DNA of 64,000 nucleotides from an uncultured delta proteobacterium. GTDB lineage: Bacteria; Desulfobacterota; Syntrophorhabdia; Syntrophorhabdales; WCHB1-27. Under the pieces are notes generated by a model that saw nothing but the letters and a program-made list of their open reading frames with translations, searched no databases and was not told the origin of the DNA. The position numbers and the translations under genes were made by a program. The stretch covers positions 224,001-288,000 of the forward strand of contig CAWEPK010000012.1 in NCBI GenBank assembly GCA_963810935.1. Direction: 5' to 3'. Shown one piece after another: positions 54,586 to 64,000 of this stretch (its first letter is position 1; each line of letters starts with the position of its first letter).

Positions 54586-55584
54586 ATGGAGCAGCCTGAT
54601 TGTACCCCTGTCTGGCTCATGCGCCAGGCCGGGCGCTACATGGCTGAATACCGCGCCCTGCGTCAAAAGCACTCGTTCATCGAGATGTGCAAGACGCCGG
54701 ATCTCGCTACAGAAGTCACGCTCCAGCCGGTCCTTAGGTTCGACCTCGACGCAGCCATCATTTTTTCGGACATACTCCTGCCCCTGGAAGCCATGGGCGC
54801 GGGCCTCCATTACGACGACGATATCGGCCCCGTCGTCGAAAGGCCTGTCCGCTCGATTGCAGACGTCGAGGCGCTGCGCGTGTTCGACCCTGTGCGCGAC
54901 TTGCCGTATCTTTTCGACGCCATACGCGCGGTCCGCTCGGCCCTGGCAGGCCGCATACCGCTTATCGGCTTCGCCGGAGCGCCTTTCACGCTCGCCGCAT
55001 ATCTTATCGAAGGCGGGGCCTCCAGGCACTACCAGGCGACCAAAGCGTTCATGTACAGGGAGCCTGCCGCCTTCCGCCTCCTCATGGAGAAGCTGACTGA
55101 CGTCTGCGCTTCCGTCCTGAACGCGCAGATCGCATCAGGCGCGCAGGCCGTCCAGGTCTTCGACAGTTGGGTAGGCACGCTTGGCGCGGCAGATTACGCG
55201 GGGCAGGTCATGGACCACTCCGTCCGCCTTTTCGACGCCCTGGACAAATCGGTGCCGAGCATCCATTTCGGCGTCGATACCTTCCACCTTCTGCCCCTCA
55301 TGAAGCGCGCAGGAGGAGACGTGACCGGCGTAGACTGGCGCGTCCCCATCGACATGGCCTGGGACGTGCTGGGGCACGACCGGCCCATCCAGGGCAACCT
55401 CGACCCCGCCGTGCTCCTGGGGCCCGAAGCCTACATCGAAGAGCAGGTGAAAGAGATCGTGAGGCGGGCAGGGACGGCCGGGGGCCACATATTCAACCTC
55501 GGCCACGGCGTCCTGCCGGAGACGCCGGTGGAGGCCGTCGATCTCCTCGTGCACAAGGTGCACCAGTACGGGCGTGCGACATGA
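54586..55584 (+). CDS. hemE: Uroporphyrinogen decarboxylase
   Basis: TPVWLMRQAGRY, DAAIIFSDIL, IGFAGAPFT, HIFNLGHG. Confidence 0.97.
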   Translation: MEQPDCTPVWLMRQAGRYMAEYRALRQKHSFIEMCKTPDLATEVTLQPVLRFDLDAAIIFSDILLPLEAMGAGLHYDDDIGPVVERPVRSIADVEALRVFDPVRDLPYLFDAIRAVRSALAGRIPLIGFAGAPFTLAAYLIEGGASRHYQATKAFMYREPAAFRLLMEKLTDVCASVLNAQIASGAQAVQVFDSWVGTLGAADYAGQVMDHSVRLFDALDKSVPSIHFGVDTFHLLPLMKRAGGDVTGVDWRVPIDMAWDVLGHDRPIQGNLDPAVLLGPEAYIEEQVKEIVRRAGTAGGHIFNLGHGVLPETPVEAVDLLVHKVHQYGRAT

Positions 55585-56480
55585 AGACACAGGTATTACT
55601 AGTCAATTTCGGAGCGCCGGGGACCGCCGCCGAGGTGGCGCCTTTTTTAAGGGGGCTTACGGGCCGCGACGCCCCGCCCGAGGCAATCGAAGCCTTGCAG
55701 GAGAGGTACCGGGCCATCGGCGGCTCACCCCTCACCACTATCACGCAGGAGCAGGCCGCGGCCCTCGCTGCGGATACGGGCCTTCCAGTCTCTTGCGCCT
55801 TCAGGTACACCTCGCCTACCCTCGAAGAGGCGATCAACGGCTGCTACATGTCGGGCATGGAGCGCATCGTTTTTTTCGTCATGTCCCCTTTTTACAACTC
55901 CCGGACCGTCGGCGCATACGTGAGGACGGCCGGGACGTATATCCCGCTTTTGCCTTTTAACCCGGACGTCGTCTTCGTCCATAGCTGGTACGCGTCCGAC
56001 GCGTTCAGGCAGGCATGGGCGCAAAGGATCCGCGAGCACGCAGCCGCAGGCCAGGCGGAGGCAGGCAGCGCCTTTTACCTGTTTTCCGCGCACAGCCTGC
56101 CCCTCTCATGCAAAGGCGAGCCTTACTTCGCCCAGGTGGAGGAGACGGCTTCCGACATCGCGTCGCGCCTCGGCCTTCCCGCCTCCCGCTGGGGCCTCGC
56201 GTGGCAGAGCGCGCCCGCGTCGCCCGAAGAGCCGTGGATGGGGCCGTACGTTGAAGAGACGATGGACGGAGCAGCCAAAAATGCGTCGGCCGTGATCGAG
56301 GCGCCGGTGGGCTTCGTCAGCGACCACCTGGAGACGCTCTACGATATCGATATCGTCCACGCGCGCTATGCGGCATCGCTGGGGCTCGCATTTTCGCGCG
56401 TGCCATCCCTTAACACGTACCCGCCTTTCATGGCAGCCTGCAAAGCCGTCCTCCTGGAGCGGCTCGCACAGGGGCAATAA
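55581..56480 (+). CDS. hemH: Ferrochelatase
   Basis: LLVNFGAP, IGGSPL, FSAHSLP, GFVSDHLETLYDID. Confidence 0.95.
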   Translation: MKTQVLLVNFGAPGTAAEVAPFLRGLTGRDAPPEAIEALQERYRAIGGSPLTTITQEQAAALAADTGLPVSCAFRYTSPTLEEAINGCYMSGMERIVFFVMSPFYNSRTVGAYVRTAGTYIPLLPFNPDVVFVHSWYASDAFRQAWAQRIREHAAAGQAEAGSAFYLFSAHSLPLSCKGEPYFAQVEETASDIASRLGLPASRWGLAWQSAPASPEEPWMGPYVEETMDGAAKNASAVIEAPVGFVSDHLETLYDIDIVHARYAASLGLAFSRVPSLNTYPPFMAACKAVLLERLAQGQ

Positions 56481-57887
56481 TGCGGGTCGCAATCGTCGGC
56501 AGCGGAGTCTCCGCCCTCGCCTGCGCAGTAGCGCTCAAAGAGAAAGGCATAGAGTTCACCGTCTTTGAGAGCGCGCCCGTCCCCGGCGGCAAGCTCCGCA
56601 CGGAGGAGATAGACGGCTTCACCGTTGAGGCGGGGCCGGACAGCTTCCTCCCCGAAAAATACTGGACGGTCGATCTCATACGGCGCGTGGGCCTCGCGGC
56701 CGATCTTCTCCCTACGAACGACGAGCACAAGGGGACATATATCTATTCCGGCGGACGCCTCCACAGGCTGCCCGACGGCGTGATGCTTATGGTCCCGACG
56801 ATGATCATGCCCCTTGCCCGCTCGCGCCTCATATCCTGGCCGGGGAAGCTGCGCATGGGAATGGAGACCTTCGTCCCCGCCAAAAAAGACGGCTCCGACG
56901 AGAGCCTGGCGAGCTTCGTCACCAGAAGGCTCGGCAGGGAGTGCCTGGAGAAGATCGCGGAACCTCTCGTCGCGGGGATCCATACATCCGACCCTCAGGA
57001 CATGAGCGTGAATGCCGTCTTCCCCAGATTTACGGAGATGGAGCGGACGAAGGGAAGCCTCATCAGGGCGATGGCGGCAGCTTCAAAGAAAAGGCCGGGG
57101 CGGGGCGCGGGCAAGGCAGGCGGCGCAAGCGCTGCCCCCATGACATATTTCATGTCCCTTAAACACGGCATGGGGCAGTTAGGCGAGGCGTGCGTGGCTT
57201 TCGCCGGCAGCGGCGCTTTTCGCACTTCCTGCGAGGTCACCCGCATAACAAAGGCGGCGGCAGGGTTCAATATAGAGGCGGGGTGCGAAAAAGCAGCCTT
57301 CGACGCAGTCGTCATCTCTACCCCGTCTTACGTGACAAGCAGGATCGTAGCGGACATGGCCCCGGACCTGGCCCGCCTGCTCGACGCCATCCAGTGGTCT
57401 TCGACTGCGACCGTTTCGCTCGCCTTTAATGAAAAAGACGCGCCGCGACTGCCGGGCTTCGGCTTCATCGTGCCCAGGACGGAAAAAAGGCGGATCAACG
57501 CTGCGACGTGGAGACTCGGTAAAGTGGCGCTACAGGGCCCCCGCCGGGAGCCTCCTCGTGAGGGCGTTCGTGGGCGGCGCGGGGCGGGCGGACCTCGCTT
57601 CGGCGGGCGACGCAGAGATCGTGCGCATAGTCGCCGAAGAGCTGCGCGAGATCGCCGGTATCGGCGCAAACGCGCTTTTTGCACGCGTTTACCGCTGGCC
57701 CCGGTCGATGCCCCGCTACACGGTCGGCCACCTCGACCGCGTCGATGCCATCGACAGGTGCGCAGCCGCGTTCCCCGGACTGCATCTTATAGGAGCGTCG
57801 CTGCGCGGCATAGGCATAGGGGACTGCGTAAGGAGCGGGTTCAACGCTGCAGAAGGAATAGCCAAAGCTTTTTCTTCCTCTTTATGA
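56480..57887 (+). CDS. hemG: HemY/HemG (copro/protoporphyrinogen oxidase); frameshift near 57515
   Basis: GSGVSAL, EAGPDSF, GFGFIVP, then RWPRSMPRYTVGH, GIGIGDCV. Confidence 0.92.
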
Positions 57888-58049
57888 GGGGGTGGCTCCG
57901 CGAGCTTTGCTCGTGGAGGGGGCGACGATAGCCCCGATAATTGCCAGGTGCGCAGCCGCGTTCCCCGGACTGTATCTCATAGGAGCGTCGCTGCGCGGCA
58001 TAGGCATAGGGGACTGCGTAAGGAGCGGCTTCAACGCGGCAGAAGGAAT
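57755..58049 (+). repeat. 105-bp direct duplication of the hemG 3' end (57755-57859 and 57945-58049)
   Basis: Four mismatches between copies; a family A repeat lies between them. Confidence 0.95.
57885..57942 (-). repeat. Repeat family A, copy 6
   Basis: GGCTCCGCGAGCTTTGCTCGTGGAGGGGGCGACGATAGCCCCGATAATT, parallel to copy 3. Confidence 0.8.
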
Positions 58050-58148
58050 TACACAGTCTGCGATAGAGGGAATTTGACCCGGAAGCGCGGTTGGCGTACC
58101 GCGCCTTCGGGTCACTTGAGAATCGCGAATAGCAGGGAAAACAAGACG

Positions 58149-58601
58149 TTAATCCGCGGCGGGGTTGCTGGCGGATTCTTCTTCACTGTCCCCGAAATCA
58201 GCGTTGTTGCTGCCGCCCGACGACCCCATCTGGCTTCCGGTGCCGTACGAGCCTGCGCCCGGGGAACCCATCTGGCTTCCCGTGCTGCCCGGCGTCCCGC
58301 CATAGGTGCCGGGGGATGCGCCGTTCGGTCCCATTTGGCTGCCGCCCGGTCCCATCTGGCTGCCTGTGCCCATTTGGCTACCTGTGCCGCCGTACGCGCC
58401 TGTGCCTCCGGCAACTCCACTGCCTGTGCCTCCGGCAACACCGGGGCCGGTGCCTCCGGCCATGCCTCCGCCCGTGCCTCCTGCTGCTCCACCCATACCT
58501 CCACCTGCGCCACCCGCGCCCTGCGCGGACGCCATGTCAGGCCCTATAAAGGGCAGGCAAATCATGAGCCCTGCGAGTCCGATCAGTAAAACCAACTTCA
58601 T
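58149..58601 (-). CDS. Secreted Gly-rich low-complexity protein
   Basis: Signal peptide, RBS GGAGG, repeated GSQMG and AGGTG units. Confidence 0.7.
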   Translation of the reverse strand: MKLVLLIGLAGLMICLPFIGPDMASAQGAGGAGGGMGGAAGGTGGGMAGGTGPGVAGGTGSGVAGGTGAYGGTGSQMGTGSQMGPGGSQMGPNGASPGTYGGTPGSTGSQMGSPGAGSYGTGSQMGSSGGSNNADFGDSEEESASNPAAD

Positions 58602-58697
58602 TCCATACCTCCTTCTCTTTCAGGCGTTTTAAATTGCCCGAAGCGTTGCTGCGCCCCGGTGCACGCCCTCTTCCGGATCGTGCCGTCAAAACAGGCG

Positions 58698-59099
58698 CTA
58701 CGGCCTTGGGCCGGCTGCTTCAGGGCTTCCCTGCCCTGCCCCGGCGCCCGGCCCCCCGCCTGTGCCTCCGGGACTGGCTGGAGGCGTCAGGACCGGACCG
58801 GGCGCCGGCGTATACGACTCACCGAAGGGCACCGGGCCCGTCGCCGGATCGACATCGGGGGTCTGGCTGGCAAACGACTCCCCCTCATATCCTCCGGGCG
58901 CGGCGCTCATGGTCCCTTCGGCGCTGCCTCTGGTGCCCACGTCACTCGGGCTGAGACCGGGTGGAATACCCGGCGGCGTCTCCGTTGTGTCACCGAACTC
59001 CTGGCCATAGGCCAAGGCGGCAGGAATCGCCAGAAGGCCCAGCAACGCGACCATGCACCGGAGCACCTGTTTTGCGGCTCCTTTCCGTTTCCGTTCCAT
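58698..59099 (-). CDS. Secreted Pro/Gly-rich low-complexity protein
   Basis: Signal peptide (ALA-Y), acidic P/G/T-rich body. Confidence 0.55.
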   Translation of the reverse strand: MERKRKGAAKQVLRCMVALLGLLAIPAALAYGQEFGDTTETPPGIPPGLSPSDVGTRGSAEGTMSAAPGGYEGESFASQTPDVDPATGPVPFGESYTPAPGPVLTPPASPGGTGGGPGAGAGQGSPEAAGPRP

Positions 59100-59264
59100 A
59101 GAGTGTGAACATAAACACCATTTCCACCATGTCAACGTCAGCAGAATATCTCTTAAAGCACATGCTTTGGGCCGCGTAAATCCCGGCCCTCGCAAATTGC
59201 TTGCGAAAGGGCATCCCGCCCCTTATGTTTCATTTGCAGCCACTTTTTTTAATGAGAGGAGGAG

Positions 59265-59819
59265 ATGATGAAAATTCTTGGTTTTGCAGGAAGTCTGCGG
59301 GCGGCTTCCTTTAACAGGTCGCTCCTGAAGGCGGCCGTCGAGCTGGCACCTGTCGGCATGGACATAGAGACGTTCGACCTCTCCGGCATACCGCCCTTCA
59401 ATCAGGAACTGGAGGCGCAGCCGCCGGAGGCGGTAAAGAATTTCAAGACAGCCATCAGGGCGGCCGACGCTATCCTTATCGCCACGCCCGAATATAATTA
59501 TTCGATCCCCGGCGTTCTCAAGAACGCCATCGATTCCGCGTCGCGCCCTTACGGCGACAACGCCTTCGACGGAAAGCCGGTCGCCATCATGGGCGCCTCC
59601 ATCGGCGCGTTCGGCTCGGCAAGGGCCAAGTACCAACTGCGGCAGAGCTTCGTCTTCCTCAACATGTACCCGCTTAACCGGCCTGAAGTGATGGTCGCAT
59701 CGGCGCAAGACAAGTTCGATGGGTCGGGCAGGCTGACGGATGAGCCGACGCGGCAGCGCGTTAAAGAGACTGTTAGAGGCCCTGGCCGTGTGGACGAAGA
59801 GAATGTCGCGGTGAAATAG
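59265..59819 (+). CDS. NADPH-dependent FMN reductase (ChrR-like); probable frameshift in the last codons
   Basis: GSLRAASFN, ATPEYNYSIPGVLKNAID. Confidence 0.93.
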   Translation: MMKILGFAGSLRAASFNRSLLKAAVELAPVGMDIETFDLSGIPPFNQELEAQPPEAVKNFKTAIRAADAILIATPEYNYSIPGVLKNAIDSASRPYGDNAFDGKPVAIMGASIGAFGSARAKYQLRQSFVFLNMYPLNRPEVMVASAQDKFDGSGRLTDEPTRQRVKETVRGPGRVDEENVAVK

Positions 59820-60001
59820 CGCGGGATTACCGCAAGAAAAAGACCGTTATTTACATAACAAAGCGGGGACTTTTAAGCCTGCTCTACTCCCGTATCTCTT
59901 TTCCGCAACGCCTGCATCTTTCCGCGTTCCCCTCAATCCATCCCTTGCAGTGCGGGCACCGCTTCATGGGGAATTCGCCCGACTCATATTTGGCTCTAAC
60001 T

Positions 60002-60241
60002 TCAATGAGGAAACCCAGCCTTTTTATGCTCATCAAGTGGCAATATAGCGCATCTGCATTCATTGTGGAAAGGAGGGAAATCATCCGTTGTGGCTGTCGC
60101 TATCCTTATTTTCTTGTTAGCCTTGGATTCGCACATAGGGCAGCAATCTGGAGGCGGGCTTATCTCAAAGTATTCAATCCCGCCTTGAGCCCATTCTTTC
60201 AACCGTTTTTTAAAAAATAACTTGCCTGCGTATGCTCCCAT
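60002..60241 (-). pseudogene. Fragment resembling a phage Mu gpF/SPP1 gp7 minor head domain
   Basis: DCCPMC...PPFHNECRCAILP motif in an AT-rich islet. Confidence 0.5.
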
Positions 60242-60249
60242 GCAGGTTT

Positions 60250-60582
60250 TTATTCCTTCTGACTTTTTGGAGGCTTACCAGGTTTAAATTTTTCAGCGCG
60301 CTCCCGTATCTCGCTGAAAAACTTCGCAAGGTTTATCCGTTTATTTTCCTGATTCTGCTCAACAAGAAATGTGATCCTGTCATTGAGCGCCGTGTTTGCC
60401 GCTTGAAGTTTACCAACTTTTCTTGCACACCTCCGATTTTCCGTCTCCAGCGCGGCAACATAATGCTGAATCTCAGCGTCACACAGCTTGAGTTTTGCTC
60501 TCAAAGACGCCATGGGGTCAGTATCTTCAATAGCTTGAGGTACTCTTTTAGGAACTTGTTTCTTGCTTTTAGGGCTGTGCAT
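60250..60582 (-). CDS. Hypothetical coiled-coil protein
   Basis: 110-aa ORF in AT-rich islet. Confidence 0.45.
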   Translation of the reverse strand: MHSPKSKKQVPKRVPQAIEDTDPMASLRAKLKLCDAEIQHYVAALETENRRCARKVGKLQAANTALNDRITFLVEQNQENKRINLAKFFSEIRERAEKFKPGKPPKSQKE

Positions 60583-60650
60583 TAATGTTCACCGTCAGCC
60601 TTTGCCGGTCTGTCACGTTCTTACCCATCTTTAAAACGAGTGCCCCATGT

Positions 60651-60923
60651 CTAAGAACCCCCACTGCCCTTTGTTCCTTCGTGCCATTCTGTATCTTGAG
60701 TCAAAATTGTATAAGTATAGGACAAATTATCAATGGTGTATAGAACATCATAGAGAGCCGTCAATCCCTCATTTAGCGGAATCAGCAGTGTGTTTTCTCC
60801 GAGGATTTGAACAGTTGGGGTACGGCTTGCTAGGGCCTCCAATCGCGAGGCACATCCAGTGTATGTGTTTGTATCGGCTTTTTTCACGACCAGCAGAATC
60901 GAGTAGGTCTTTGGGTTAGTCAT
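60651..60923 (-). CDS. Hypothetical protein
   Basis: 90-aa ORF with RBS AGGGGA. Confidence 0.5.
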   Translation of the reverse strand: MTNPKTYSILLVVKKADTNTYTGCASRLEALASRTPTVQILGENTLLIPLNEGLTALYDVLYTIDNLSYTYTILTQDTEWHEGTKGSGGS

Positions 60924-61108
60924 GATAAGTCCCCTTTTTTCGATGATTTAGTCATCCACGAATTTCGATTCTTTCACAGAGGCGACGGGAATGTCAAAGG
61001 AAATTATGACTCTTAGAAAGGCCCGGCTTGATATATATTAGAGGCTACGTATATTTTTGATATTGTTTCATAAAAAATAATAAACGAGATGCGCGGACTT
61101 AGGCCTCT

Positions 61109-62485
61109 TTATACCGCCTCGGCGGTCGCCCGGTCGAGGATGTTCCATATCCTCTCCAGCCAGTCGAGGTGCTCCGGCTTCATCAGTACGGACCGCAGGC
61201 ACGTGACGGTCTCTCTGTCCCGCTCGATCCCCGCCCGCGCTACATCGAAGAAACCGACAGGCAGCTCGGCAAGCGCCAGGTGAAGGTTGTGCGCCGCGGC
61301 CTTCTCGAAGATCGCCCGCGCAGTCTCCGACGACGCGCTCACGGAAGATGCCCTTGCCATCCAGACGACGATATCGATCTCGGGCGCAAAGGCCGTCAGG
61401 AACCTTTTGTCGCTGCGAAGCCTTTTGTACAGGGCCAGCGCCGCCTTCCTTGATTTTTCGAGACCCTTCGCGAACGAACCGCCTTTTTTAAGCGGGAGGA
61501 GCTGCTGCGTTGCCCATAGGGCGCAGGCGGCAGCGCCGGGGCGCGAGCACTCAAGGCTGATCTCGCCTAAGTGAAGCTCTTTGGAGCTGAAATATGTGTA
61601 GGGAGAGTCGTGCTTGTAGAGGCTGCCGACGGACCGGTCGCGGAAAAGCACGCAGCCGCACCCATAAGGCTGAAGGCCGTGCTTGTGGGGGTCGATGACG
61701 ATGGAATCGGCCTCGCCAAGCCTGTCGAAGCTGCGGCGGGCGGTAGGGTTAAGGTTGCCCGCAAGGCGGAAGTAGCCGCCGTAGGCTGCGTCCACGTGAA
61801 GGCGGAAGCCGTACCGGGCGCGCAGGTCGAGTATCTCGGGCAGCGGGTCGACGGCGCCCGTTGCCGTTGTGCCGGCCGTTGCGACGACCGTCCCTATCCC
61901 GCCATTTGCCAGGCGCCGTTCGAGGGCTTTCATGTCCATCCTGCCGCGCCTGTCCGCGCCGACCGGCTCGAAGGGCAGCTTCAGCACTCCGCTGATGCGC
62001 TGGTGCGTATAATGGGCCTGCTGCGATGCCACGATGGTCTCGCCGGGGCGCAACTGCCCCGCGACCCAGAGGGCCTCCAGGTTGGCCATGGTCCCGCCGC
62101 TGGACAGGTGGCCGAGGTGCGCCTTCCAGCCGACCATGCGGGCAAGCGCGGCTACGGCTTCTTTTTCCATCGCGGAGCTTGCCCGTCCGCCGTCGAGGGC
62201 GTGGTTGTTCGGGTTGATCCACATGGCGAGGGCGTAGGCAGCGCGCGCAACGGGATGGGGGGCTTTTAACATCTGGCCCGCGTACAGGGGATGAAAGTAA
62301 GGGTAGTTGTCGCGCATCCGCCCGGCGACCTTGAGGAGCACGTCCTCGACGGCACCCGCGCCGGGTTCCGGGAAATCGAGCGGCGGCAGGTCCGCAAACC
62401 CTGCCTCAAGCGCCTCAAGCGCTTTCGCAAGGCTCGCAAGGGTGCGCTTCTCGAAAAGGGACGGGCGTTGCCGTTTCTCACGCAT
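61109..62485 (-). CDS. Group II PLP-dependent decarboxylase
   Basis: SGGTMANL, AGTTATGAVD, HVDAAYGG, DPHK (PLP lysine). Confidence 0.92.
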   Translation of the reverse strand: MREKRQRPSLFEKRTLASLAKALEALEAGFADLPPLDFPEPGAGAVEDVLLKVAGRMRDNYPYFHPLYAGQMLKAPHPVARAAYALAMWINPNNHALDGGRASSAMEKEAVAALARMVGWKAHLGHLSSGGTMANLEALWVAGQLRPGETIVASQQAHYTHQRISGVLKLPFEPVGADRRGRMDMKALERRLANGGIGTVVATAGTTATGAVDPLPEILDLRARYGFRLHVDAAYGGYFRLAGNLNPTARRSFDRLGEADSIVIDPHKHGLQPYGCGCVLFRDRSVGSLYKHDSPYTYFSSKELHLGEISLECSRPGAAACALWATQQLLPLKKGGSFAKGLEKSRKAALALYKRLRSDKRFLTAFAPEIDIVVWMARASSVSASSETARAIFEKAAAHNLHLALAELPVGFFDVARAGIERDRETVTCLRSVLMKPEHLDWLERIWNILDRATAEAV

Positions 62486-62624
62486 AATAGTTTATATCGT
62501 GATCCGGTGTGATTCGCAAGTAGGGGACGTCGGCGGCCGGGGGCGATTCTTCGCTTGGAATCGCGTTTCATTCGTGCAATAGTATAAATATCGACACAAT
62601 TGCGTACTCAACCGGGACAGCGCA

Positions 62625-63833
62625 ATGAATATGGATGACAAAGAAAAAAAGAGCCGCAACCGTGGCGCCGGGCCGAAGCTCCGGCCGGAAGAGATAGAAG
62701 GGAGCGCATCGGGCCACGACATAGGGGCGGCCCTTTTCGGAAACGAGGAGCTTTACCGCGCCGTTGTGGAGAGCGTAGCGGACGGCATCGCTATCACGGT
62801 GCAGGCGGGAAGGGTCTTTGTCAATAAGGCCTTCCTCGCGATCCACGGCCTGCGCGACGCATCGGACGTGGTGGGCCACCCCATGGACCAGTTCGTCATC
62901 CCGGAAGACCGGGAGGTCATGAGGCAGCGCACGCTCGCGAGGATGCGCGGCGAGTCGCATAAAAGCATCGTCGAGTACAGGGTAGCAAGGCCCGACGGAG
63001 AGATCAGGACCATTCAGGCGTCCGTAGCCAACACGACTTACAACGGCGAGCCCGCCGTGCTCGCGGTCCTGCGCGACATCACGGCGGTGAAAGAGGCGGA
63101 AATGGAGATCGTGCGCCTCAACCGGGAGCTGGAGCAAAGGCTGCTCGACCTCAAGAACGCCAATGACACGCTCGAGACGTTCAACGCCACCGTCTCCCAC
63201 GACCTCCGCACACCCCTCATGGCCATAAGCGGCTTTTCCGAGCTGGTCGCAAAGAAATACGGCGCGGGGCTCGACGAGAAGTTCACCGAGCAGATGGGCA
63301 TGATACGCACGGGCGCCGCCAAGATGGAGCAGCTTATCGAGGACCTGCTGGCCTATTCGAGGCTCGGGAAACGGGCGCTGCAGCGTTTGCCGATACGGAT
63401 GGACGCGCTCGTTAACTCCGTCGTCTCCGAGCTGAGGACTATCTATCCCGGCGGAGAAGTGCGCATCTCCCCCGTCGCCCCCTGCACCGGCGACGAAGTC
63501 ATGATACGCCAGGTATTCACGAACCTACTTGCGAACGCCTTCAAGTTCACCAGCCACCGGGACAACAGGATAATAGAGATAGGCTGCAAGGAGGAGGCGA
63601 ACGAGAACGTCTACTTCGTCAAAGACAACGGCGCAGGCTTCGACATGCGCCACAAAGACCGCTTGTTCCAGGCGTTCCAGAGGCTGCACGCCCAGGAAGA
63701 GTTCAAAGGCACCGGCATGGGCCTGACCATAGTAAAAAGGATAGTCGGCCTACACGGCGGCCGCGTATGGGCCGAAGGCGAGCCCGACAAAGGCGCGACG
63801 TTCTACGTGGCATTGCCGAAACAGGCAGGGTAG
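62625..63833 (+). CDS. PAS sensor histidine kinase
   Basis: VSHDLRTPL, NAFKF, DNGAGF, GTGMGL. Confidence 0.94.
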   Translation: MNMDDKEKKSRNRGAGPKLRPEEIEGSASGHDIGAALFGNEELYRAVVESVADGIAITVQAGRVFVNKAFLAIHGLRDASDVVGHPMDQFVIPEDREVMRQRTLARMRGESHKSIVEYRVARPDGEIRTIQASVANTTYNGEPAVLAVLRDITAVKEAEMEIVRLNRELEQRLLDLKNANDTLETFNATVSHDLRTPLMAISGFSELVAKKYGAGLDEKFTEQMGMIRTGAAKMEQLIEDLLAYSRLGKRALQRLPIRMDALVNSVVSELRTIYPGGEVRISPVAPCTGDEVMIRQVFTNLLANAFKFTSHRDNRIIEIGCKEEANENVYFVKDNGAGFDMRHKDRLFQAFQRLHAQEEFKGTGMGLTIVKRIVGLHGGRVWAEGEPDKGATFYVALPKQAG

Positions 63834-64000
63834 GATAAAGAACGGCTGATCGGGAAGGAAAGAATAAGGTAAGGTATTCTTCCTGAAAGAAAGTGGTTTA
63901 ATGTTTTTCTTGCGGTACAACATTACTCGTGGATATAATTAACCTATGCGGTGGGAGCGGAGAATGCGAGCACATACCGAACAATAGGTTGTCCCCTTTT

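Noticed and set aside
57755..58049. Diversity-generating retroelement TR/VR pair
   Set aside because: The mismatches do not show adenine-specific mutagenesis, and there is no reverse transcriptase.

Overview
GC-rich chromosomal window from an anaerobic bacterium. Gene content (sigma54 regulators, hybrid kinases, corrinoid and Fe-S enzymes) suggests a Desulfobacterota/Syntrophorhabdus-like organism; this is inference only. Many otherwise intact genes carry single-base frameshifts, as expected from an unpolished long-read assembly. The backbone includes an oxalate oxidoreductase operon (CDC48-type ATPase, GntR, gamma, delta, alpha, beta, OFA transporter), a sigma54-controlled corrinoid methyltransferase cluster of unknown substrate, FMN riboswitch-ribB, purF-pyrE, hemE-hemH-hemG, degP, ybaK and several kinases and transporters. 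AT-richer islets are interspersed: an ABC/Rad50-like ATPase, a toxin-like ORF plus XRE-IrrE peptidase (RosmerTA-like), AIPR inside a decayed IS1595-like element, and HicAB/BrnTA modules. The most striking feature is an 839-bp inverted-repeat-bounded cassette (48380-49218). It carries an orphan PemK/MazF toxin whose last codons contain a sigma70 promoter pointing into a ~175-nt highly structured, terminator-ended RNA, a candidate RNA-antitoxin (type III-like) system. Two dispersed palindromic repeat families and a 13-bp tandem array are also present. No rRNA, tRNA or CRISPR array was seen.
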